A stretch of DNA of 64,000 nucleotides. Origin: a virus (taxonomy: Duplodnaviria; Caudoviricetes). Numbering within the stretch: position 1 is the stretch's first letter; each line of letters begins with the position of its first letter. The notes below the pieces were generated by a model. The model saw nothing but the letters and a program-made list of their open reading frames with translations, was not told the DNA's origin and searched no databases. The translations under genes and the position numbers were made by a program. The stretch is from positions 23,700 through 87,699 of IMG/VR virus record IMGVR_UViG_3300037067_018091; one strand, 5' to 3'. Below, piece after piece: positions 21,676 through 31,036 of the stretch.

Positions 21676-23145
21676 ATGTCTACTGGTAGTATTATACAAA
21701 AAGATACAATCGCGTTATTAACCGATTATAATTATACAAATTTACGGGTTTTTTACGCACGTGATAATATATATGGATTACTGTGTACAAATAATACTCT
21801 TGCAAACGATTATTATTTAAAAACGTTTTCAATAGATGTTGATGGAAATATTGGAAGTGTTTTAGATTCTGTTCGTTTAAGTGATGCGGGGACATCAAGT
21901 TTAACTGATGCAATTGCAATATCGACTGCAGATGGGATTATTCTTTTTAATTTAATTACTACTGCAAGCGGGAGTATTCAAACTCGACAAATCGCCGCGG
22001 ATGGGACAATTGGAACCGTAATTGATGCATTTTCATATACAGACGGCGCTCAAAATAGTCTTGCTTATGGCGCTGTTGCTCAAATTACATCTGATTTATT
22101 CATGGCATCATACTATAATAATAAAAATACTTCAGGAAAAACTGCAACATTCACATGTGATAGTATTGGCAATTTAAGTAATGGATTTATTCAAACATAT
22201 ACATATGAACCAGTATTGGCAAAATGGCCGCAAATTATTTTACAGGGTAGTGATGCAGGAAAAAATGTAGTTTTACTTACACGAGTTGAAGGAAATTCTA
22301 TCTCAGTAGTTACGGCCGTTAAAGTTTCAGATACTGGAACTTTTGAGAGTACCCCTACATTATTAGATCGTATAGATTCAGATGATGGTTATAGATCGCA
22401 AACTGCAGTTGTTTTCCCCGCGCAACGAATTTACGCAACTGTTGCGGAAGGAATATCTACTCAAGATGGCTGGATTTATTCATGGACGCTTAAAGTAAAC
22501 GGTACAGTACCAGATATAAATAATCCTATAGATCAATATGAATATGCTCCAGTTAAGGGTATATATAATCAAATTATATCTATTGATCAAGGAGTTATAT
22601 TAATTGCATCAGTCGATACCGATAATGATGGTTGGGTACGATCATGGCAAATAGACTCGGCAGGCGCGATTACAAAAACACCATTAGATACTTTTGAATT
22701 TGCAAATAATCAATTTGTATTTGAACAATCAATGATTTTAACAGAACATCCTAAAACAGTATTGCTTGCGTCGCGATATAGTGGCGGATCTGTTTATCTT
22801 TTTACATTTGAAGTAGAGACACCTACAATTGTAACTGATACAATTGTAATTGGAATTGATGCACACATTAAAGCACAAGAAAATGTATTTTTAGTATCTG
22901 ATGCATTAATTAAAAATATAGAAGCAGTTTCAATTTTTTCTGATAGTTTAATTATACCAGTTTGGCCTCCAACAGATTATGTACAGTTAAATTCAAGTGC
23001 AGAAATTATTGATCATGATCAAATAATAATTACATCAGAAGCATATATTATTCAAAATACTCAAGATAAGCTTGAGGTACAGTCTAGAGTTCGGAGTATA
23101 ATTCCCGCATCATCAAGTGATGATGGTGGATTTCAAATATTTTAA
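21676..23145 (+). CDS. Virion appendage protein: beta-propeller-like head plus C-terminal repeat stalk
   Basis: About 50-aa blades (TFSIDVDGNIGSVLD, QIAADGTIGTVID, WQIDSAGAITKTPLD); SDALI/SEAYII repeats. Confidence 0.55.
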   Translation: MSTGSIIQKDTIALLTDYNYTNLRVFYARDNIYGLLCTNNTLANDYYLKTFSIDVDGNIGSVLDSVRLSDAGTSSLTDAIAISTADGIILFNLITTASGSIQTRQIAADGTIGTVIDAFSYTDGAQNSLAYGAVAQITSDLFMASYYNNKNTSGKTATFTCDSIGNLSNGFIQTYTYEPVLAKWPQIILQGSDAGKNVVLLTRVEGNSISVVTAVKVSDTGTFESTPTLLDRIDSDDGYRSQTAVVFPAQRIYATVAEGISTQDGWIYSWTLKVNGTVPDINNPIDQYEYAPVKGIYNQIISIDQGVILIASVDTDNDGWVRSWQIDSAGAITKTPLDTFEFANNQFVFEQSMILTEHPKTVLLASRYSGGSVYLFTFEVETPTIVTDTIVIGIDAHIKAQENVFLVSDALIKNIEAVSIFSDSLIIPVWPPTDYVQLNSSAEIIDHDQIIITSEAYIIQNTQDKLEVQSRVRSIIPASSSDDGGFQIF

Positions 23146-23146
23146 T

Positions 23147-24259
23147 ATGGCATTAAGTAAACTTATACCGGTTGCGGGTCTTAGTAAGACAAATAGTAGT
23201 GCGTGGACCCCGACAAACACCGCGCTTTCAAATAACAGTAAAGTTATTGATGGTGATTTTATCGCCGCAATTCAAACTGTTTTAAATTATCAAGCAGTTG
23301 GATTAGATTTAGGTAGCCCCCAAATAATTGAGAGACTTATTTTATATGATCAAACTTCGAGTGCAGATGCGGGTATATGGACAGGCGGTAATCATGATAA
23401 TTTAAGTGTATATATATCAAATGATAATTCGACATGGACATTTGTCGAATCGTTTAATCCTCCCTCACGCGCGGGTACTACTAGTGGTATTATTACTATG
23501 GATTTAGCAATACCACAAACTGCTAGATATATTCAAGTATTTACTACAGATTATAATTTATATGCTAAAAATGGTACCCCATTAGTACATGTAGAATTAG
23601 AAGCGTATCATTATGAACTCGTAACAATTTTATCTGATGCACAAATAATTTTATCAACGCAAGATATTGTAACTATTTTATCTAATGCACAAATAGTTAA
23701 TCCGTTCGCGTTTACATATGCAAATGCGGGTATAACGGCTGATACCGTTGATACTTTAGAAGTTAATTTTAACACGATCAATCCAAAATTAAAACATGTA
23801 TGCAGCCATAAATTATCTTCGGGTACTTATCGATTATCAAATTGTCCAAGATGTCTAAGTACCGGATATTATTACGATATCAAGTTTAATGAAACGGGCC
23901 AATTAGTTACAATTCCATTGATTGAGCAGCTTGCTCAGATATTAGAAAAACTTGCTATTACTGAGGAAAATAAATTTCACCCGGAAATTGCGGTGAATAT
24001 TACAAAATGGCTGGGAAATTTTTCAATTCCTGAAATACGGAATGCAATAAAATTTGACTTATTAAAAAGTTTAATGGTTCTACAAGAAGCTCAAAAAGGT
24101 GTTTCAAATCTTTCTGGAGAGGTTCAAATAGGTCGGGTAGATAGTGTTGAAGTTTATGAGAATCCGGATGATAATACAAGTGCAATTTATATTATTAAAG
24201 TTACTTCTGTATCTGGGGTTAACAAAGAACTTTCTGGTGCAATAATATTTAACGGTTAA
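23147..24259 (+). CDS. Discoidin (F5/8-type C)-like domain fused to a gp25-like baseplate wedge domain
   Basis: VGLDLGSPQIIERLILY..VYISNDNSTWT..TARYIQV; C-terminal CPRCLSTGYYYDI..ENKFHPE; ATG at 23147 preferred to the track GTG at 23117. Confidence 0.6.
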   Translation: MALSKLIPVAGLSKTNSSAWTPTNTALSNNSKVIDGDFIAAIQTVLNYQAVGLDLGSPQIIERLILYDQTSSADAGIWTGGNHDNLSVYISNDNSTWTFVESFNPPSRAGTTSGIITMDLAIPQTARYIQVFTTDYNLYAKNGTPLVHVELEAYHYELVTILSDAQIILSTQDIVTILSNAQIVNPFAFTYANAGITADTVDTLEVNFNTINPKLKHVCSHKLSSGTYRLSNCPRCLSTGYYYDIKFNETGQLVTIPLIEQLAQILEKLAITEENKFHPEIAVNITKWLGNFSIPEIRNAIKFDLLKSLMVLQEAQKGVSNLSGEVQIGRVDSVEVYENPDDNTSAIYIIKVTSVSGVNKELSGAIIFNG

Positions 24260-24490
24260 AATATGACTGAAGAAACCAAAACGATTACATGCTCGGCGGT
24301 TATTGTACATCCGGAATCATTTATATTTGCGACGCCTAGTGTTACTACGGCGACAACATTGAATAAAAACCAAGTTGCGTTTGATTTGAAGTTAAAACAT
24401 ACTTGTGATCATAGACTTTTAACCGGTACGTATAAACTCGTTAATTGTCCAAGATGTCTAAGTACTGGATATTATTACGATATCAAGTTT
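23840..24490 (+). repeat. Dispersed 48-bp near-identical repeat shared by two wedge paralogues
   Basis: aattgtccaagatgtctaagtac(c/t)ggatattattacgatatcaagttt at 23840-23887 and 24443-24490, one mismatch. Confidence 0.85.
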
Positions 24491-24871
24491 GGGGATACCG
24501 GACAATTTTTAACCGTATCTTTAGAAGATAAATTAATACAAGAATTAGAAAAACTTGCTCTTACTGAGGAAAATAAATTTCATCCAGAAATTATAATGGG
24601 TATACAAAAATGGTTGGGGGCGTTAGGAAATAATGAAAATCTGGGAATAATTAAAGATGATATTGTCTCAACTCTTGTAAGTCTTCAAGAAATACAAAAA
24701 AATGTGCATAATCTTTCGCCCCGTGCAAGAATTTCGACGGTAAATTCAATTACGGTAGATTTAACAGATCCGGGTACTCTTTTGTATACTATAACGTTAA
24801 CGACCGTTTCGGGTGAGGACAAAACTATTTCGGGCACTATAACGCTTAGTGATCTTAGAACTAAATTATAA
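24263..24871 (+). CDS. gp25-like baseplate wedge / sheath-initiator paralogue
   Basis: Homologous to the C-terminal half of the preceding gene; directly upstream of baseplate J. Confidence 0.6.
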   Translation: MTEETKTITCSAVIVHPESFIFATPSVTTATTLNKNQVAFDLKLKHTCDHRLLTGTYKLVNCPRCLSTGYYYDIKFGDTGQFLTVSLEDKLIQELEKLALTEENKFHPEIIMGIQKWLGALGNNENLGIIKDDIVSTLVSLQEIQKNVHNLSPRARISTVNSITVDLTDPGTLLYTITLTTVSGEDKTISGTITLSDLRTKL

Positions 24872-24894
24872 GTAGGGAAATATACGAGGATAAT

Positions 24895-26325
24895 ATGGCA
24901 ACAATAAAACAATTTAAAGATATCGTTAATTCTATGTTACGTTTTTTATCTTCAAAACGTCCTAATGTAGATACTAGTCCTGGGACATTTACTCGTGATG
25001 TCGTCGTTGATGCTGTTGCCAGTGAGTTAGAATTATTGTATAATGATCTTAATAGAACATCAAATGCACAATCGCCTGATTTAGCGGCGGTCACAGATGT
25101 AGAACGACTTGGTAAAAATTTTCAACTCAGACGAAAAGGTCCAATTAAAGCGACCGGAATAATTACATTTTACGCGTTCAATTCTCCGTCATCTACAATA
25201 ACTGTTCTTCAAGGAACTACGTTATCAAGTAAAGCTACTTCAACAGGTGCATCTCAACAATTTGTAACTACTCAAGACGCTACACTCAGTTCGTTAAATT
25301 TTAATCCTGATACGGGTCGATATGAAACAGATGTGCCTATTCGCGCAGTCGTGCCCGGTACGGATAGTAATGTTGCGCCTGGAACAATTGCAGCGTTATT
25401 AACTCCTGTTTCAGGTGTAGATGGTTGTTACAATTTTAATGCAATTACTAATGGTGCAGATTTTGAACCATTAGCTACATTTAGACAACGACTTAAAACA
25501 GTATTAACTGGAAATAATGTGGGTACTTCAAATGGTTATTATCAAGCTGCGGCAGCAAACTCAGATGTAATTGATGTAAAAATTGCTTCAGTTGGTTCTG
25601 GAATTGAACAACTTCGTAGAAATGATGTAGGAGCCGTAGATATCTATATTCGCGGATTAATTTCGACTCAAGCACCTATAGAAACATATATTATTCCTAC
25701 AATTACTCCGTATGAATTTATACCATCTAAACAACCATTAGATATACTTGCGTCAAGTGGATTTTCTTTAACTGGAAGTATTCATGGAGTTCTTGTAGAA
25801 GGAACTGATTATAATATTACTCAAGATAGTGGGAAATTAGCTGGATCAATTCGCGCAGCTGATAAATTTGTTTTCGTATCTTCAAAAGTATCTGTAGGGG
25901 AAGAAATTTCAATAACATATTCATATAATTCTTTAATTGAATCTTTACAAAATTATATGGATGATGATTCACGAAAAGTATTAGGTGCAGATCTTTTAGT
26001 GAAGGCAGCAATTCCACGACAGATCGATATTAGTTGCACCATACGTGTTTTATCAGGATATAATCAATCTGATATTATAAGTGCGGTAGGTGTTGCGTTA
26101 TCCGCAGCGTTGGATGCATATACGATAGGTGAAGAAGTTCAACAATCTGATATTTTAGCAGTTATCGCAAATACTACAGGGGTCGATGATGTAACAGTTC
26201 CATTAGATATATTTGAAGAGAATAGTAATACTGGAACATTAACACAAGATAGTTCAGGAAATATTGAAATGCCCGCAAACTCATATGCTACTAGCGGTAC
26301 AATTACAGTTACAGTAAGGTCATAA
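24895..26325 (+). CDS. Baseplate J-like wedge protein
   Basis: DTSPGTFTRDVVVD, KATGIITF, VPIRAVVPGTDSNVAPGTI, NAITNGADFEPLATFRQR, VGEEVQQSDILAVIANTTGVDDV. Confidence 0.9.
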   Translation: MATIKQFKDIVNSMLRFLSSKRPNVDTSPGTFTRDVVVDAVASELELLYNDLNRTSNAQSPDLAAVTDVERLGKNFQLRRKGPIKATGIITFYAFNSPSSTITVLQGTTLSSKATSTGASQQFVTTQDATLSSLNFNPDTGRYETDVPIRAVVPGTDSNVAPGTIAALLTPVSGVDGCYNFNAITNGADFEPLATFRQRLKTVLTGNNVGTSNGYYQAAAANSDVIDVKIASVGSGIEQLRRNDVGAVDIYIRGLISTQAPIETYIIPTITPYEFIPSKQPLDILASSGFSLTGSIHGVLVEGTDYNITQDSGKLAGSIRAADKFVFVSSKVSVGEEISITYSYNSLIESLQNYMDDDSRKVLGADLLVKAAIPRQIDISCTIRVLSGYNQSDIISAVGVALSAALDAYTIGEEVQQSDILAVIANTTGVDDVTVPLDIFEENSNTGTLTQDSSGNIEMPANSYATSGTITVTVRS

Positions 26326-26326
26326 A

Positions 26327-28264
26327 ATGGCGCGCAATCTTAATACATTTCTTCAAAGTCTCTTAAAAAATATTACTACATATTATACCGCAACGTATTC
26401 AAATGATACGGATCTCTATTCTATTCTTCAGATGTATGGTGCAGAATTGGCATCTGGATCAACTACATTAGAAACCGTTCGAAATAATCTGTTTATCGTT
26501 ACTTGTGAAGATTCAAAATTAACCGATAATTTCGGTACATATTTTGGACAATTAAAATATTCTAATCAAGATTATAACGAAGATAGATATATATCAACAA
26601 TTGCAGATTGGTATAAATCTGGATCATTATTACATCAAAGATATAGTCAACCTGATTATAATCATCCTTTTGAATTAATTTCATTTACAACTCCTTCAGT
26701 AACAAATAATCCCTGGAGTTTTTCTGTCGTAACTGGCCCAAGTACAAATGTGGGCAGAAATCCATATGTTGCAGCAGTTTTTAGTGGAAGTATTGTATTT
26801 GCATTTCGTGGCCAACCAATAGTATATGAAAATCCATATCAAAACGTTTATTCGCCATGGCGCCTTTCAGCATATGATCCAATTTTAAATACATGGACGC
26901 CACTAACTGCGCAATATGACGTTACCGCCGGCGCAGTATATCTTTATGGATTAACTTCATATGCACCTTATTTAGGGCATGGACAATATTCAAGTGAACG
27001 TTTTTGGGCATGGGATGTATTTGTAACAACTTTAATGGGCGATCCGTCAGATAAAACCCCGCGAATTAGATTATATGAGTATAATGGAGATTATGTTCAA
27101 ACGATTCATGATAGTACAACCGCAGCGGTTAAATTACCACATGTTTTAGATCCTGTTACATATGGATGGAACGCAACAAATAAATCTGTAATATTCCATG
27201 ATAAAATTTATATTGGATGGTCTCATGATAACAGTGATCCACATTTAGTTTCATACGATCCTATTACTGATGCATTTGTAGATCATGATTTAGCTACGTA
27301 TGCATCTGGATCGATTGCTTCTTCGGGATCAATTGCAACTACTTTTAATATGCATAATCCAATTGTAATTCATGATAATAAAGTAATGGTGGAGGTAGAT
27401 TATACTTCAGATATTCCGGCAACGGGAAATAAAATATTTGCATTCGATAGTACAAATTGGACAATGTTAGATGCGCCGAGTAATTCTATAAGTTCAAATA
27501 AATTTATCGATTTTAATGGAACACTGTATGCAATTATAGATGATTCTGTAATGGTATACAATGATTTTTCGGGGTCTTGGACTACGCATACAAGTTTTAA
27601 TGGACTTTATCCACGAGATATTTTTGTTTTTCAAAATAATTTAATAGTTTCAGTTAATTATGGGACGGTATATAGATTATCGCTTGCAGATAATCAATTT
27701 ATTGAATTTGATCAATTAGATAATAGTATTAAAGATTCGCCGTCCTTATTTGTTGAACTTGCAGATACAATATATGCATATTATCAAAATGGTTGGTATT
27801 CTTCATCGTTTGTTTCTACTACAGAATGGTCACAATTATGGCCGGCACCGCATACTGCAGGTACCGCAATACAAAATGTCTCTATTCCAGGATACAGAAA
27901 ACAATTAGAATTTATGTTAGAGGCTGCAGTAAACGGTAGTACTCATAAGGGGATTACACGAATGGTTAATGCATTTACACTAATTAACCCAGATATTCGT
28001 GAAATATATACCCTTCCTCAATGGAAACTTACAAATAAAACATATAATGTTACGCAACTAAGTTCTAATACTTGGCAATTTTCTGGTGCGACTAATTTTA
28101 GAACAAATTTATTTGCTGGTGCGCACGCAACATTTGTAAGTGGGAGTACGCCGCAGGATAAAGTTGCTGCCGCATATTTAGTTTTAATAAATGATAATGA
28201 TTCAGTTACTGTCGGCGCAATTGAAGATAAACGACTATTAATGGAAATAGTGAGACCGTCATAA
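26327..28264 (+). CDS. Baseplate wedge protein (gpI/gp7-like N-half) with a large inserted beta-propeller-like domain
   Basis: LQMYGAEL..LTDNFGTYFG and YRKQLEFMLEAAVNGSTHKGI flank several hundred residues of propeller-like repeats. Confidence 0.55.
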   Translation: MARNLNTFLQSLLKNITTYYTATYSNDTDLYSILQMYGAELASGSTTLETVRNNLFIVTCEDSKLTDNFGTYFGQLKYSNQDYNEDRYISTIADWYKSGSLLHQRYSQPDYNHPFELISFTTPSVTNNPWSFSVVTGPSTNVGRNPYVAAVFSGSIVFAFRGQPIVYENPYQNVYSPWRLSAYDPILNTWTPLTAQYDVTAGAVYLYGLTSYAPYLGHGQYSSERFWAWDVFVTTLMGDPSDKTPRIRLYEYNGDYVQTIHDSTTAAVKLPHVLDPVTYGWNATNKSVIFHDKIYIGWSHDNSDPHLVSYDPITDAFVDHDLATYASGSIASSGSIATTFNMHNPIVIHDNKVMVEVDYTSDIPATGNKIFAFDSTNWTMLDAPSNSISSNKFIDFNGTLYAIIDDSVMVYNDFSGSWTTHTSFNGLYPRDIFVFQNNLIVSVNYGTVYRLSLADNQFIEFDQLDNSIKDSPSLFVELADTIYAYYQNGWYSSSFVSTTEWSQLWPAPHTAGTAIQNVSIPGYRKQLEFMLEAAVNGSTHKGITRMVNAFTLINPDIREIYTLPQWKLTNKTYNVTQLSSNTWQFSGATNFRTNLFAGAHATFVSGSTPQDKVAAAYLVLINDNDSVTVGAIEDKRLLMEIVRPS

Positions 28265-28935
28265 TGGGCGCAGAAATAAATAATTTTATAGCAACTCCCT
28301 ATGATAGTGGGGTAGTTTTAGAATGGACTGCAGGATACGGTGCGTCTATAAATTCTGGATCTATCGACTGTAAAGTAACAATTCAATATTCAACAGATAC
28401 AATTCCAAATAATGTACAAAATACTCCTCCTTTTGTAGTTAGGGATTTAGGACAAAAACAAGGTACAAAAAATATTTTATGGGTGCCCAATTTAACAAAT
28501 GATCAACAATATTGGTATAGTCTTTGGGTATATTATTATGATACGGGTATGTGGCATGGCCCGTTTACGACATTTGCCACCCCAGTATCAGGATCATTTC
28601 TTTCTTGGCGAACCGGCACATTATCTTTTACAAAACTCGGTACGAATACCCGGTTGTCACCACTGCAACAAATTGTATCTAATATAATTATATGGTTGCC
28701 TAATAGTGAATCGTCTCGTGAAAATGTTATTGAACAAGCGTTGAAAAATATTGCTCCGGCGCACGTTAAATTAAATATATTTTATGAACATTATTATGTT
28801 GCATGTACTACTACGGAACAATTTAGTGGGTCTACATATGATCCTAGTGTTTGGACAATAGAACAAGGTAAAATGGTTAACAAACTCCCGACTATTGATT
28901 CAAGTTATAGCGGGCACGCAGATATCAAGTCTTAA
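28264..28935 (+). CDS. Baseplate wedge protein (C-half-like) with fn3-like N-terminus
   Basis: FIATPYDSGVVLEW..YWYSLW fn3-like; VIEQALKNIAPAHVKL is the gpI-type PAH motif. Confidence 0.5.
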   Translation: MGAEINNFIATPYDSGVVLEWTAGYGASINSGSIDCKVTIQYSTDTIPNNVQNTPPFVVRDLGQKQGTKNILWVPNLTNDQQYWYSLWVYYYDTGMWHGPFTTFATPVSGSFLSWRTGTLSFTKLGTNTRLSPLQQIVSNIIIWLPNSESSRENVIEQALKNIAPAHVKLNIFYEHYYVACTTTEQFSGSTYDPSVWTIEQGKMVNKLPTIDSSYSGHADIKS

Positions 28936-28946
28936 TGGAGATATAA

Positions 28947-29510
28947 ATGACTCTATTAGTTCAGTTCAAAGGTGGCGACGATGTCGTTACATTAAGTAGT
29001 GGCCAATTAATTGGATTTTTTGGATCTGGTTCTATAAGTGCTTTTGGTGAATCTATTCCACCGAATGCATATAATAGATATACTGCAGTTACAAATACTT
29101 TAGGAACAATTAATTATGGTGCACTCCCAAATGTACAATATATATCCTCTATCACAGGCGATATTGGAAATGGCGCAGTTGCATTAACTTCAATTCCATC
29201 GGGATCTTGTACATTACATATTCGATTAACTTCGGGGTCTGCACTTACAAGACTTCAAGCAGTTAGATTAATTGTATACGATAATAGATTTGGTCTTACG
29301 GTAGGACCATTTGATGTTGCAGTAAAAGGATTTGAATATGGAAGTATTACTTGGAGTACGATGTCGGGTTCAGCAGCTCCATTAGTTTTAACTCCTCATA
29401 CAGGAAGTGCGCAACTTTATCACGATTATTATGTAGGTATTTCAGCATCTCCTGCGTTATCAGGATCACATGTAACAACTGCACTTGCACTTTATGCCGA
29501 ATGGTATTAG
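28947..29510 (+). CDS. Putative virion structural protein, SGS-rich
   Basis: 187 aa, five SGS motifs, GGAG RBS. Confidence 0.55.
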   Translation: MTLLVQFKGGDDVVTLSSGQLIGFFGSGSISAFGESIPPNAYNRYTAVTNTLGTINYGALPNVQYISSITGDIGNGAVALTSIPSGSCTLHIRLTSGSALTRLQAVRLIVYDNRFGLTVGPFDVAVKGFEYGSITWSTMSGSAAPLVLTPHTGSAQLYHDYYVGISASPALSGSHVTTALALYAEWY

Positions 29511-29519
29511 GATAAATAA

Positions 29520-31022
29520 ATGGCTCAAGCAAATATAGCAGCATTTGGATCAATTGTAAGTTATTCTTCGCAGGATTCTGCTTATCCTTGGATTAATCTA
29601 CTCGATGGTAATACTGCTACGAATGGAAGATCCGCTATAGGTAATCCAAGGTATCAATGGGTAATTATCGATTTAGGTACCGTTTGGCCACTTACAGGAT
29701 TTAAACTTTGGGGCGGATCTCTTAGTGATGTTACTTCAGATGTATTCGGTTTTGATATAGCGATTTCTGCTACAGGAATTACAGATAGTGATTTTATAAA
29801 AATTTCTCCTTATAGTCATCTCATGCCTCCGCGCAAGATTACTGGTGCTGTACAAAGTTCACAAATAGCGATTGCACCATCGAATGTAAGATATGTAAAA
29901 TTATATTTATATTCTAATCGTCTCAATGCTTTATATATTAATGCATCGGATTTAGAAATTTATTCGTTAACAATTGACCAAATAACAACATCAATTTCGT
30001 CTGCTGCAACAATTTATCTTCCGCAACAAACAGAAACTATTGCATCAAATGCATTTATTTTTTATCCAGTTTTCACAGATCAAAGAAGTATTTTAGCGAA
30101 TGCAGAAATTACTGATACGAAAAGTGATCAATTATCAGATGCTCTTATTGTTGATGGCCTCATTTATTCGAATTCAGTTATTAAAAGTATAGAATCTAAT
30201 ACAATTATATCTAACGCATATGTTTATCGAAGTGGTTCGTATAAAACAAATCTTTTATTATTTGGGACTGCAAATCCTGTATCTCAAACACATAATATGT
30301 TAGTATTTTCAACTGATATATCTTCTTCTAAAGAAGTTATTGTTGATGATATGATTACTGGGCCAATTATGGATATGAATACTATTAGTCCTCCGCTTGG
30401 CTATAACAATTATGATTGGAAATATGATTGGGTTGTACGTACTTTTAATCAATGTCAATATAAATTTGAAGTACGTTCAGCAGACGAATTGCTTGAATTA
30501 TCTGCTGAACCGTTCCATGCAATTCAATTAGAGGATCAAATTTATAAAGGACAAGTAAATAGATATCATCAATGGCGCTGTCATATTTGGGCAAGTGGAT
30601 CTGGAGATTTTGAATTACATCAATTTACTATTAAAGGGTATGTTGATTATCCTGCGAATCCATTATATCGAACATTGTATGAAAAACCTTTTATTACAAC
30701 ATCCCATGTAAAAGCACCTGGAGATACGTTTACACAACAATTATATGAACCTCCGTTAGAAGCAATGTCATGGGCAGGCCCGTATATTCCAGGTGATTTA
30801 AATGGTGATTTCAATTTAACAACGATGGACGCAACTATTTTAATTCAGACGGTTTTTGGAATTCTTTCTAAAGATTTAATCCCTGCTCCAGGATTTTACA
30901 TACGGGGAATATACTCTGATTTTGCAGGGCACATTGTTCCAAATGTCGGTGATGCAGTACAAATAAATCAATATATCCTTTCTGCCGGCCCTCCGCCGAA
31001 AAAGCGACAAGAACCAATTTAA
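29520..31022 (+). CDS. Tail appendage protein: discoidin-like N-domain, repeat stalk, C-terminal dockerin-like domain
   Basis: WVIIDLGTVWPLTGFKLW..NVRYVKL; SNAFI/SDALI repeats; GDLNGDFNLTTMDA..NVGDAVQINQYILSAGPPP. Confidence 0.6.
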   Translation: MAQANIAAFGSIVSYSSQDSAYPWINLLDGNTATNGRSAIGNPRYQWVIIDLGTVWPLTGFKLWGGSLSDVTSDVFGFDIAISATGITDSDFIKISPYSHLMPPRKITGAVQSSQIAIAPSNVRYVKLYLYSNRLNALYINASDLEIYSLTIDQITTSISSAATIYLPQQTETIASNAFIFYPVFTDQRSILANAEITDTKSDQLSDALIVDGLIYSNSVIKSIESNTIISNAYVYRSGSYKTNLLLFGTANPVSQTHNMLVFSTDISSSKEVIVDDMITGPIMDMNTISPPLGYNNYDWKYDWVVRTFNQCQYKFEVRSADELLELSAEPFHAIQLEDQIYKGQVNRYHQWRCHIWASGSGDFELHQFTIKGYVDYPANPLYRTLYEKPFITTSHVKAPGDTFTQQLYEPPLEAMSWAGPYIPGDLNGDFNLTTMDATILIQTVFGILSKDLIPAPGFYIRGIYSDFAGHIVPNVGDAVQINQYILSAGPPPKKRQEPI

Positions 31023-31036
31023 GTTGAGGTGTATAA

